This document shows positions 41,058 through 57,458 of a stretch of DNA of 64,000 bases, piece by piece. The first letter of the stretch is position 1; the number at the start of each line of letters is the position of its first letter. The notes under the pieces are model-generated. The model was given only the letters and a program-made list of their open reading frames with translations, had not been told where the DNA came from and did no database searches. Where the stretch lies: the NCBI RefSeq assembly GCF_009914755.1, contig NC_060929.1. The stretch is one strand, 5' to 3'. The stretch is from the human T2T-CHM13v2.0 reference genome, Homo sapiens. Both the position numbers and the translations under genes were made by a program.

Positions 41058-42000
41058 CCCCTTCTCTGCTTTTCTGGAGGGCAAGAACCCTCCCACCCCT
41101 TCTCCGTGTCTCTACTCTTTTCTCTGGGCTTGCCTCCTTCACTATGGGCAAGCTTCCACCTTCCATTCCTCCTTCTTCTCCCTTAGCCTGTGTTCTTAAG
41201 AACTTAAAACTTCTTCAACTCTCACCTGACCTAAAATCTAAGCGTCTTATTTTCTTCTTCAATACTGCTTGACCCCAATACAAACTCGACAGTAGTTCCA
41301 AATAGCCGGAAAACGGCACTTTCAATTTTTCCATCCTACAAGATCTAAATAATTCTTGTCGTAAAATGGGCAAATGGTCTGAGGTGCCTGACGTCCAGGC
41401 ATTCTTTTACACATGGGTCCCTCTCTAGTCTCTGTTCCCACTGCAACTCATCCAAAATCTTCCTTCTTTCCCTCTCACCTGTCCCCTCAGCCCCAACCCC
41501 AAGCGTTGCTGAGTCTTTCTAATCTTCCTATCTGACCTCTCCCCTCCTCACCAGGCCGAGCTAGGTCTCAATTCTTCCTCAGCCTCTGCTCCCACACTCT
41601 ATAATCCTTTTATCACCTCCCCTCCTCACATCCGGTCCGGCCTACAGTTTCGTTCCGTGACTAGCCCTCCCCCACCTGCCCAGCAATTTCCTCTTAAAAA
41701 GGTGGCTGGAGCTAAAGGCATAGTCAAGGTTAATGCTCCTTTTTCTTTATCCGACCTCTCCCAAATCAGTTAGCGTTTAGACTCTTTTTCATCAAATATA
41801 AAAAACCCAGCCCAGTTCATGGCTCGTTCGACAGCAACCCTGAGACGCTTTACAGCCCTAGACCCTAAAAGGTCAAAAGGTCGTCTTATTCTGAAAATAC
41901 ATTTTATTACCCAATCTGCTCCTGACATTAAATAAAACTCCAAAAATTAAATTCCGGCCCTCAAACCCCACAACAGGATTTAATTAACCTTGCCTTCAAG

Positions 42001-42333
42001 GTGTACAATAATAGAAAAAAGTTGCAATTCCTTGCCTCCACTGTGAGACAAACCCCAGCCACATCTCCAGCACACAAGAACTTCCAAACGCCTGAACCGC
42101 AGCAGCCAGGCGTTCCTCCAGAACCTCCTCCCCCAGGAGCTTGCTACAAGTGCCAGAAATCTGGCCACCAGGCCAAGGAATGCCTGCAGCCCAGGATTCC
42201 TCCTAAGCCACGTCCCATCTGTGCGGGACCCCACTGGAAATCAGACTGTCCAACTTACCTGGCAGCCACTCCCAGAGCCCCTGGAACTCTGGCCCAAAGC
42301 TCTCTGACTCCTTCCCAGATCTTCTTGGCTTAG
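42001..42333 (+). pseudogene. gag: HERV-H gag C-terminal relic
   Basis: CYKCQKSGHQAKEC = CX2CX4HX4C zinc knuckle; upstream frames interrupted by stops. Confidence 0.85.
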
Positions 42334-42399
42334 CGGCTGAAGACTGATGCTGCCCGATCACCTCGGAAGCCCTCTAGACCATCACGCACGCCGAGCTTC

Positions 42400-42790
42400 G
42401 GGTAACTCTCACAGTGGAGGGTAAGTCCGTCCCCTTCTTAATCAATGCGGAGGCTACTCACTCCACATTACCTTATTTTCAAGGGCCTGTTTCCTTTGCT
42501 TCCGTAACTGTTGTGCGTATTGACGGCCAGGCTTCTAAACCTCTTAAAACTCCCCAACTCTGGTGCCAACTTACATATACTATTATAAGTACTCCTTTTT
42601 AGTTATCCCCACCTGCCCCATTCCCTTATCAGGCCGAGACACTTTAACTAAATTATCTGCTTCCCTGACTATTCCTGGATTACAGCTACATCTCATTGCT
42701 GCCCTTCTTCCCAATCCAAAGCCTCCTTTGCGTCCTCCTCTTGTATTCCCCCACCTTAACCCACAAGTATAAGAAACCTCTACTCCCTCC
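42400..42790 (+). pseudogene. pro: HERV-H protease relic
   Basis: FLINAEATHS (degenerate L-D-T-G-A site), P.P..GRD.L.KL motif, frameshifted. Confidence 0.8.
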
Positions 42791-44810
42791 TTGGTGACCG
42801 ATCATGCACCCCTTACCATCTCATTAAAACCTAATCACCCTTACCCTGCTCAATGCCAATATCCCATCCCACAGCATGCTTTGAAAGGATTAAAGCCTGT
42901 TACCACTCGCCTGCTACAGCATGGCCTTTTAAAGCCTATAAACTCTCCTTACCATTCCCCCATTTTACCTGTCCTAAAACCAGACAAGACTGGCAGGTTA
43001 GTTTAGGATCTGCACCTTATCAACCAAATTGTTTTGCCTATCCACCCCATGGTGCCAAACCCACATACTCTCCTATCCTCAATACCTCCCTCCACAATCC
43101 ATTATTCTGTTCTGGATCTCAAACATGCTTTCTTTACTATTCCTTTGCACCTGTCATCCCAGCCTCTCTTCACTTTCACTTGGACTGACCCTGACACCCA
43201 TCAGGCTCAGCAGCTTACCTGGGCTGTGCTGCCACAAGATTTCAAGGACAGCCCTCATTACTTCAGCCAAGTTCTTTCTCAAGTATCCCCCTCCAAAGCT
43301 CAAATTTCTTCTCCATCCGTTACCTACCTCGGCATAATTCTTCATAAAAACACACGTGCTCTCCCTGTCGATCTTGTCCGACTGATCTCTCAAACCCCAA
43401 CCCCTTCTACAAAACAACAACTGCTTTCCTTCCTAGGCATAGTTAGATACTTTCGCCTTTGGATACCTGGTTTCACCATCCTAACAAAACCATTATATAA
43501 ACTCACAAAAGGAAACCTAGCTGACCCCGTAGATCCTAAATACTTTCCCCACTCCTCTTTCCGTTCCTTGAAGACAGCTTTAGAGACTGCCCCCACTCTA
43601 GCTCTCCCTGATTCATCCCAACCCTTTTCATTACACACAGCCAAAGTGCAGGGCTGTACAGTCAGAATTCTTATACAAGGACCAGGATCGCGTCCTGTAG
43701 CCTTTTTGTCCAAACAACTTGACCTTACTGTTTTAGGTTGGCCACCATGTCTCCGAGCAGCGGCTGCTGCTGCCCTAATACTTTCAGAGGCCCTCAAAAT
43801 CACAAACTATGCTCAACTTACTCTCTATATTTCTCATAACTTCCAAAATCTATTTTCTTCCTCATACCTGATGCATATACTTTCTGCTCCCTGGCTCCTT
43901 CAGCTGAACTCACTCTTCGTTAAGTCCCACAATTACCATTGTTCCTGGCCTGGACTTCAATCCGGCCTCCCACATTATTCCTGATACCACACCTGACCCC
44001 TATGACTGTCTCTCTCTGATACCACACCTGACCCCTATGACTGTATCTCTCTGATCCACCTGACATTCACCCCATTTCCCCATATTTCCTTCTTTCCTGT
44101 TCCTCACCCTGATCATGCTTGATTTATTGATGGCAGTTCCACCAGGGCTAATCGCCACACACCAGCAAAGGCAGGCTACGCTATAGTCCAAGCCACTAGC
44201 CCACCTCTTAGAACCTCTCATTTTCTTTCCATCGTGGAAATCTATCCTTAAGGAAATAACTTCTCAGTGTTCCATCTGCTATTCTACTACTCCTCAGGGA
44301 TTATTCAGGCCCCCTCCCTTCCCTACATGTCAAGCTTGAGGATTTGCCCCCACCCAGGACTGGCAAATTAGCTTTACTCAACATGCCCCAAGTCAGATAA
44401 CTAAAATACCTCTTACTCTAGGTAGACACTTTCACTGGATAGGTACAGTCCTTTCCTACAGGGTCTGAGAAGGCCACCGCAGTCATTTCTTCCCTTCTGT
44501 CTGACATAATTCCTCAGTTTAGCCTTCCCACCTCTATAGAGTCTGATAACAGACCAGCCTTTATTAGTCAAATCAGCCAAGCAGCTTTTCAGGCTCTTAG
44601 TATTCAGTGAAACCTTTATATCCCTTATGGTCCTCCGTCTTCAGGAAAAGTAGAACGGACTAAAGGTCTTTTAAAAACACACCTCACCAAGCTTAGCCAC
44701 CAACTTAAAAAGGACTGGACAATACTTTTACCACTTTCCCTTCTCAGAGTCAGACCTGTCCTCAGAATGCTACAGTGTACAGCCCATTTGAGCTCCTGTA
44801 TAGATGCTCC
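42791..44810 (+). pseudogene. pol: HERV-H pol relic (RT with palm deletion, integrase remnant)
   Basis: VLDLKHAFF, LPQDFKDSPHYFS joined directly to VSPSKAQ (no YXDD); integrase text GTAGACACTTTCACTGG, TCTGATAACAGACCAGCCTTT with stops. Confidence 0.88.
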
Positions 44811-45441
44811 TTTTTATTAGGCCCCAGTCTCATTCCAGACACCAGACTAACTTAGACTGTGCCCCAAAAAAACTTGTCATCCTTACTATCTTCTGTCTAG
44901 TCATACTCCTATTCACCGTTTTCAACTACTCATACATGCCCTGCTCTTGTTTACACTGCCGGTTTACACTGTTTCTCCAAGCCATCACAGCTGATATCTC
45001 CTGGTGCTATCCCCAAACTGCCACTCTTAACTCTTGAAGTAAGTAAATAATCTTTGCTGACAGGACTATGTTGAATCTCCTTAGGCACTCTAATTAGATG
45101 TCCCAGGTCCTCCCAATTCTTAGACCTTTAATACCTGTTTTTCTCCTTCTCTTATTCCGTTTAGTTTTTCAATTCATACAAAACCGTATCCAGGCCATCA
45201 CCCATAATTCTAAATGACAAATGTTTCTTCTAACAGTCCCACAATATCACATCTTACCACAAAATCTTCCTTCAGCTTAATCTCTCCCACTCTAGGTTCC
45301 CACGCCGCCCCTAATCCTGCTCGAAGCAGCCCTGAGAAACATCGCCCATTATCTCTCCATACCACCCCCAAAAATTTTCACCATCCCAACACTTTACCAC
45401 TATTTTGTTTTATTTTTCTTATTAATATAAGAAGACAGGAA

Positions 45442-45854
45442 TGTCAGGCCTCTGAGCCCAAGCTAAGCCATCATATCCCCCGTGACCTGCACGTACACAT
45501 CCAGATGGCTGGTTCCTGCCTTAACTGATGACATTCCACCACAAAAGAAGTGAAAATGTCCTGTTCCTGCCTTAACTGATGACACTGTCTTGTGAAATTC
45601 CTTCTCCTGGCTCATCCCGGCTCAAAAGCTCCCCTACTGAGCACCTTGTGACCCCCACTCTGCCCACCAGAGAACAACCCCCCTTTGACTGTAATTTTCC
45701 TTTACCTACCCAAATCCTATAAAACGGCCCCACCCCTATCTCCCTTTGCTGAGTCTCTTTTCGGACTCAGCCCACCTGCACTCAGGTGAAATAAACAGCT
45801 TTATTGCTCACACAAAGCCTGTTTGGTGGTCTCTTCACATGGACGCGAGTGAAA
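45442..45854 (+). promoter_or_regulatory. HERV-H 3' LTR (LTR7 type, 413 bp)
   Basis: Preceded by PPT AAGAAGACAGGAA; two copies of GTTCCTGCCTTAACTGATGACA (45512, 45563) flanking ACAAAAGA; TATAAAA at 45718; AATAAA at 45790. Confidence 0.93.
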
Positions 45855-46160
45855 CTCAGGGTTCCAAAGTGCTGGGATTACAGGTGTGAGCCACTGCATG
45901 TCGCCCTTGGTATTATTTTCTACCTTCCTCATCACCATCTTTTTCTTAATCCTCTACATTCATTTAGACTTTTTGGTTCTTGGCTCATTGTCTTTCAACC
46001 TCACCCTAAGGCCTCCATGAATGACCCTTCCACTACTTTACTCTCATAGTTCTGTGCCTATTCAATGGTTAGGGCCTTTACTGCCTCTCTATATCGGCAA
46101 CTCAGCTTGGATTGATCTCTGAGCTTTGTGCCCAACTGGAACAAACTGATATATCTGTAA

Positions 46161-46529
<369 letters not shown>

Positions 46530-46740
46530 CATCTCCCTTTTATACTCTTTCTCCCAACCAGAATGAGTGGTACTGGGAAAAACAGTCACATAAAATTTAG
46601 GAATTAGGACCTCCACAAACAGAGGAATCCAGTCTTAGCTATACTCTCAAATCCTATATATCTGTTCTCAGCTTCTCCTCTTTCAAATCTATTTTAAAAG
46701 TTTACTTGTTTTCTAAGCCCCTCTCCTCACTTTTATTTTA

Positions 46741-48680
<1,940 letters not shown>

Positions 48681-49964
48681 ATTGTTTTAATTATATTTCT
48701 GAAAGCTGAAGAAATGAGATACCCACATTCCATTTAGCAAAGGCATTTATTGAAAGGATACAGGGATGTGACATGGGTGCAGCACACAGGCAAAGTGTTT
48801 TCATAACATCTTGACTGTTGCCCTTATTCCAGGCAGATGTCCTCTAGCACTGTCCAGCTGCCTATGCCCCAGTCTTCCCGCCTGGGGCCTTAGGCAGCTT
48901 CAGATTTGTGGAATCTCTAGGCCGAGCATTACACAAGCCGATAACCTCAGTCTGAATGGCCTTAATGAGACTAATGGAATTCATAAGGATCTGGGAAGGC
49001 ATTGCAGTTCTTTATTTGTGTCTTTTCAAGTGCTATACTTCACCTATTGGCTGTTACATCACTCTCTGGACCATCTTCATGAGGACCTTATGACCAATTA
49101 GCCAAGTGAAATCCCAGCATTTCCCCATTTACCAGACTGAACATCTGACTTTTACACACAGCATGTGTATTATGTATATTAAGAACCAATATCAGAGATA
49201 AGTCTGTGAGGTGATGCATGTTACCTCCTCTTTATCACACCCATCAAACAGCATAAAGAATTAAAACCATCATAGTATTAAACAGTTAAACATTACATAA
49301 AAAATGTAGCAATACTCCTAACTGTGGGCAGCCTCACTCCAAATTCAGCATTCTGACAGCATGTAATTTTAATGGGATTGGACAGTTTTCATGGTATCCT
49401 CTTTCTTCCCTGTCGTTATTCACGTCTCATTGTATGCCTGCTTTGTATATATATATAGAAGGATGTTTCTTTCCATCTTTCTACTATCTATCCCTTCATA
49501 TTTATACGATCAGCCCCTCATATGAGGAAGACTGAACCACAAAGGGGCATTCTCCATGGCCAACTCTGGACTGCAGAAGGTAGACACTGCCCATCTGGAA
49601 TGTCCCATTATCATCCTTTGCTGGCATTACATTTTGGCTTTTTTCCCTTTGAAGTTGACCTCTTTTCCTCCATTGTTACTCCCTTTACAGAACAATAGGA
49701 TACAATTTATACCCAGATGACAATCCTTTCTTTCTGTCCAAACATAGTAAAGATTATAAATAATTTGTTGTCATTTAAAACCACAGATATAAATTTTAAT
49801 TTTTAAATTGAAGTTAACATTTTTATTATAAAATTTTTATTTTTAGTATTTTATTTCTTTATTTTTAATTTTAATTTTTATTATAAAATCATATCAGTGA
49901 TAATACATTATTTTGCTTAACTCAAATACCAAAAACATATGAAGAAAAAAAAAAAATCACCCAT

Positions 49965-50237
<273 letters not shown>

Positions 50238-51989
50238 TCACCATGATTAATTTCTGATTATAACCTTTTACTGTTTTTCTACAAGACAATCAATGAGGTA
50301 ATTCTTTAACACTCTGTTTTGTACCTGGTCATCTTTCCTTGTTAGAAAATACAGATTACACAATCACAGTAACGATTGTTGGTATGATTTCATTGTCTCT
50401 AGGTATCAATCCCTTAAATTAAAAAATGTATATATTTTGGTTTCCACAGCCCTGCAAAGCTGGGATTATTACCGATTCCACTTCATAGAAATATAGATCC
50501 TGAGGTTCAGAGAAAGTAAGTGACTGCCCAACATTTACATACCATGGAAGCGACAGGACTAAAGCTTGCCCTATGACTTCTTGACTTCAAATTGGTGCCC
50601 TTTCCACAGTATGTCTCTTGTCTCACTAATGAGATAATGCAGATGAAGGGGCTGGGCAAGTGCATATTATTGTTATTGCCTCAGGAGGCAACTCCTGATT
50701 TGATCTGAATCTAGAGCAGCTTCCTGAATTAAATCTGCCCAGAGGCTCCCAGGTTTGCAGACTAAACTTGTCTTTATGCAAAATATCATTATAACACACT
50801 AATATCAACATGCAGTTGAATCCTATAATCATAATTAATTCCTGATTAGTAAACATAGCCACACAACATTTAAGGAAACAGATCATTATTAAACAAGGAC
50901 ATTCAAGCCCTTACGAACAAAAGATGGACCCTGGGGCATGTGCATTGATCTTATCTCATTAACCCTGTGGTATTTTCTTTGCTGGATGGTGAGTGGAAAG
51001 TCCAGTACGAAAGAATATCTTGATGCATGGTACCAGGGAGTCTATCCTGGGGCCCAGAATGCACAGTGTGTTTGAACCAAACTTCTGAAGAATTTATGAG
51101 ATTCTGTAGTTCTTTTACTGTCTAGATTATTTTCCACCAACTGCTTTCCAAATCAGTGAATTATGGATACAGCGTGCTGCAAATATCCTGTTGGACTCTT
51201 CTTTTCTGCATTGTCCAAATGTGTTATACATTCTTCTATCACAGTTTGCTATTGATCTACTTTATCATTTACTTCTTCTTGAGCCTTTCACCATCTTTCA
51301 CCATTCTTCATTCAAGGTCCCTTTGGTCAAGATTTGGCTCATTTTCCCACGCCTGTGCCTACAAAGACCCTGGACTGCCCTTCCCTTCAGTGGTCCTGGA
51401 CACTTCAGTGAGGATTAGGACTGAAAAGCCACAGGGGTGTAAATTGCCAGGCCATTATTAAAAGATAATTTCAGAAAAGGGTGAAATCATGACTTTCATA
51501 CAGATATACCAATGAACATGTTTAAAAATTCATTTTACTCATATGAACCAGGCAAAATGGGATAGAACTGGTTTTTCCACTGGAGGGGTGGGGCAGCCAA
51601 TTCAAATCACTACCAGACAGGATATAATTTACATATTTACCAATAACCTACAACTTAGCTCAATTGTAACAAATGTACCACACTAATGCAAGACGTTAAT
51701 AAAAGGTAAAACTATGAGTCGGTTGCAGATAGAGAGATAGATAGATAGTAATTATCCATAATATCTGCTCAATTTTCTGGAAACATAAACATTTTCTACA
51801 AAGTAAAGTCTATTAATTTAAAATAGTGATATGATACTGCCAAAAAAAAGGGTCTATATCACAGTGAAGTTGAGAGAACTGATAACAGTAACAGCAGGGT
51901 GATTCAAGCTCTCCCTTACACTTTATTGTTGCCTTTAATACATATGAAGTACATATATGTTTTTGGGGTTTTGTTTTATTTTTATATTT

Positions 51990-52748
51990 TTAATAATTTT
52001 TGAGGTATAATTTATATACAATAAAATGCTCCCAAATTAAGTCTACAGTTCAATGTATTTTGATAAATGCATACACCCCATATGCTACCATGGTCTGAAT
52101 GTCTTTCCCCAAAATGAGATCTTAATCCCCAAGGTGATGGTACTAGGAGACAGGGCTTTTCAACAAACTCAGAACCAGGTCCTCACTAGACACCAAGTCT
52201 GCTAGTGCCCTGATCTTGGACTTTCCAGCTTTCATATCTGTGAGACATACATTTCTGCTGTTTATAAGTCACCCAGTTTATGGTATTTTGTTATAGCAGC
52301 CCGAATAGACTAAGACAACATGTAACCATGGCCACAATCAAAATATTTTCATTATCCCAAAATGTTACCTCATACCCTGTGTAGTTAATCCTGTCTCCAA
52401 TCCTCAGCCCTTAGCAACTACTCATTTATTCTAGATTAGCCACTCTAGATTAGCTTTGCCAGTTCTAGAAAATGGTATCATACAGTATGTATATGTCTGG
52501 CTTCTTTGCTCAGCATGATGTTTTGAGATTAATTCATGGTTGTATTTAGCAGTAATTAGTTTCTTCTTACTGCTGAGTAGTCTTCCATTGTATGAACATA
52601 CTGTACCACAATTTGCTTCCCATTCATCTGGAAGGACGTTCAGATTGCTTTCAGCTTTGGCTCTTATGAATAATGCTTCTATGAATAATCACATACAAGT
52701 ATTTTTGTGGATATATGTATTTATTTCTCTTGAGTAAATATCTAGGAG
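51990..52748 (-). mobile_element. L1M 3' end with an MLT1 insertion (about 52082-52320)
   Basis: TTTGAGGTATAATTTATATACAATAAAATGC; TATGGTATTTTGTTATAGCAGCCCGAATAGACTAAGACA. Confidence 0.75.
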
Positions 52749-52889
52749 TAGATATACATTTTGTGATCAATATGAAAATAAAAATTGTATTCTACTAGAT
52801 ATACATTTTGTGATCAATATGAAAATAAAAATTGTATTCTACTAGATATACATTTTGTGATCAATATGAAAATAAAAATTGTATACTAC
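52749..52889. repeat. 47-bp minisatellite, 3 copies
   Basis: TAGATATACATTTTGTGATCAATATGAAAATAAAAATTGTATTCTAC x3 with one substitution in copy 3. Confidence 0.96.
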
Positions 52890-53025
52890 TAATATTCTAT
52901 ATTGATCACATTCCTTAGCTTAGAGCTTGACTTAGTTGATGATTCTAATTTAGAAACATTTTTGTTTCTGAATTTGGTTATTTTTATGTAATTAAACATG
53001 TTTGAAAATTATACGTTTTATTTGA

Positions 53026-54818
<1,793 letters not shown>

Positions 54819-55955
54819 TGAGGATAGTTGGGAACTATACACTGTATTTTAAATTTATCAGGGGAACCCAATGTTCTGCAAGGATCATTCTGGCAGTGGT
54901 CTATTATTATCCAGGTGCTTTTTTTTACCCCCATTGGAATTAGTTGAGAGGGCCCTATGTTCTTTTACTTTTGGGGATGTAGAAAAACTGCATGTCTATA
55001 GCATATCCTTCTGGGTTACCAGATTCTAGCCTTGTTCCTTGTCTTTGCAATATGAGTTCTGACAAATGCATAATGTCATATATCCACTATTTCAGTATCA
55101 TATATCATAGTTTCACTGTCCTAAAAAATGCCCTATTCTCCATGTATTCATCTCTTCCCTCTTTGCCTCCCTTCCCCCAAACTCTTGCAACTACTGATCT
55201 TTTACTGTCTCTATAGTTTTGCCTACTAGTGTTTTTTTCTCTCACACTTTTAAGTAAGTGCTATGCACACACAGCTTCAAGACAAGTTTCTTATCTCTGC
55301 CATCCAATCAGATTACCTCCTCTAACTCTTTTATATAATTTATCTTTTCCTAAGAACCTCCTGGAGGGTGGTGGAAGAGATCTGCCTACTATAAGCTGCA
55401 GTAGAGATAGCTTTTGTTCCCTAGTATCTATTCTTCTCTTCTTTCTTTTAATAATAAAACAATCCCACCCTGTCAAGGTTTGACTGAGCCCATGGCTAGA
55501 TGCTACATTTTCTTCCTTCCTTGAATATAGATGTGACCTATGGGATATGAGCAGAAAGGATATATGCATGCAAGTAATAAGAACTGACAAAATTGAGAAA
55601 ATAAGACATTTACCATGGAACTTTAAATTTGTATCCCTTTATAGGACCATACTATTGAAAGGATATTATGAATTATATTTTAAAATAAATCCTGTAATTA
55701 TATTTTGAAAGACACATTTATACTGCTTTGTAATTTTTGGTAATAAAAGTGTTTATTGGTTAAAGGAAAATGACTTTGAATGTAATGCAGTTTGTATAAC
55801 CCTGTTTTGAATTAAAAAAAATTTACATGAGTATCAGAAAACTAAAACAAAAAACAAAAAAGCTGAAGTTTCAAGTTTTAGAAGACTCTGTGTGAAACAT
55901 GAGCATTAAAGTATAATGGACAAACAAAAGCCTAAAACAATGAGAAAAAAGAATG

Positions 55956-56110
55956 GCCGCATCTGTAATCCCATCTGTAATCCCAGCACTTTGGGAGGCT
56001 GAGGTGGGAGGATTGCTTGAGGCCAGGAATTCCAGGTTACAGTAAGTTATGACCAGGCCATTGCATTCCAGCCTGGGTGAAAGAGCGGGAGACTTTGTCT
56101 TTAAAAAAAA
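55956..56110 (+). mobile_element. Short AluJ/FLAM
   Basis: CTGTAATCCCAGCACTTTGGGAGGCTGAGGTGGGAGGATTGCTTGAGG. Confidence 0.8.
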
Positions 56111-56391
56111 GAATGGCCACAGAGCTGGAAGGAGAATCAGGGGACTGGGTTTTACGTAAGTGAAAGGAAGCAAGACTTTTTAGAAGTGAGCAACATGTCC
56201 AAATGAAACAGAGAAATCTAATAAAATAAGTATTAAAAGAATTTAATAATTAAGATATTATAAAATGGGTATGTCATGAAGTTATGAGATTAACTATGTA
56301 CATATAAATCTTCTGGAATATAATAGGCGTTCAATAAATTTTGTGATCAATTCCTTGTTTTATTCAAAGAATACTTACTACTAGTTAGGAA

Positions 56392-57007
56392 TATTGGGAC
56401 TAGAAAATAATACCCCACAATGAAACTCTCAGAAGCAGCCTCAGAAGCAAAAGTTTTTCTCTGACCTTCTCCTGCCTTCCTGTCTCTTGGTCCCATTCTC
56501 CCCTGACACTAGCCATAGAAACTAGGCAGGCCATAGAAACTAGAACCTCTTTTCCCCAAAGCCAGTCATAAATCCTGGAAATATTACTTTAATTTTCTCC
56601 CGCCTTTCTTTGTAAAAACTGGCCATAAAGAAATTATCTGATCTACCTTTTTTGACTGTAGGTCCTAAGACCCTCATTGCAGAGAGGGTCCCGCCCTACA
56701 CCCAGAAGGAAGGAATGCATGCCCAGAGAGTCCAAGAAGAATCTAGACAGACAGGCCTTGCTGGGTTTCCCCACTCAGGCTATTAGCATTAGAGCATACC
56801 CTTTTGTCCAATCATATTTCTACATGGCTGTCCATACTTTGTTGGATGTACAAATGAACATTACAATTTCCCCTGTATCTTTGGGTCTTCATTCTGAAGG
56901 TTCTCATGTATATATGCTAAATAAACTTGCATGCATTTCCTCCAATTACTCTGTCCTTTGTGAGTAGATTTTTCGGTGAACCTCAGCGATCAGAGAGGAG
57001 AGCTACA
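56392..57007 (+). mobile_element. ERV1-type solo LTR, subfamily unresolved
   Basis: CTCAGAAGCAGCCTCAGAAGCAAAAGTTTTTCTCTGACCTTCTCCTGCC start; AATAAA then GATTTTTCGGTGAACCTCAG end. Confidence 0.65.
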
Positions 57008-57299
57008 GGAGCCCTGCTTGAACCTTGAAATGCTATGATGACAGACCGTAGCCTTAAAGCAGTTTATAGTGTTGTAGGGTAAACACATAAACAGGCCAAT
57101 ATCATTCTTTGCCATGAGGGATATGATGAGAGGAAGTACATGGAGGTTAACTGAGTTATTTCTTTTAGTTTCTTTGTTTTTGGCATGTGAATTATGAAAC
57201 TTTAAAACACCTCCAGTGCAAAAAAAATTTTTTTTAAATTAACATGGTGGTTGGTGCACTGTGTTTCTAAAATATGGAGTACAATGTAAAGCAATGCAT

Positions 57300-57458
57300 T
57301 CTTTTTTTAAAAATTTATTGTTATTTTGAAAAATTTTTGTAGAGATGAGGTCTCACTGCCTTGCCCATAGCTGGTCTTGAACTCCTGGGCTAAAGCGATC
57401 CTCCTACCTCGGGCTCCCAAAGTGCTGGGATTACAGGCGTGAGCCACTGCGCCCAGCC
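57300..57458 (-). mobile_element. FLAM/AluJ monomer
   Basis: Monomer with GCATTCTT on both sides. Confidence 0.85.

Larger units (their letters stand above)
39921..45854 (+). mobile_element. HERV-H provirus, common deleted form (about 5.9 kb)
   Basis: Paired LTRs starting TGTCAGGCCTCTGAGCCCAAG, His PBS, gag/pro/pol relics, PPT, 5-bp TSD CTCAG (39916-39920, 45855-45859). Confidence 0.97.

Noticed and set aside
40687-41100. HERV-H leader repeats and Pro/Ser-rich ORFs as a novel element
   Set aside because: Tandem repeats in the leader are a normal, variable feature of HERV-H
43034-43984. 316-aa pol ORF as a functional reverse transcriptase
   Set aside because: The YXDD catalytic segment is deleted and the flanking frames are broken
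52749-52889. CRISPR-like array
   Set aside because: Units are head-to-tail with no unique spacers, in a primate context with no cas genes
56338-56351. ATTTTGTGATCAAT match to the 47-bp repeat unit
   Set aside because: A 14-bp AT-rich match with no extension is plausibly chance
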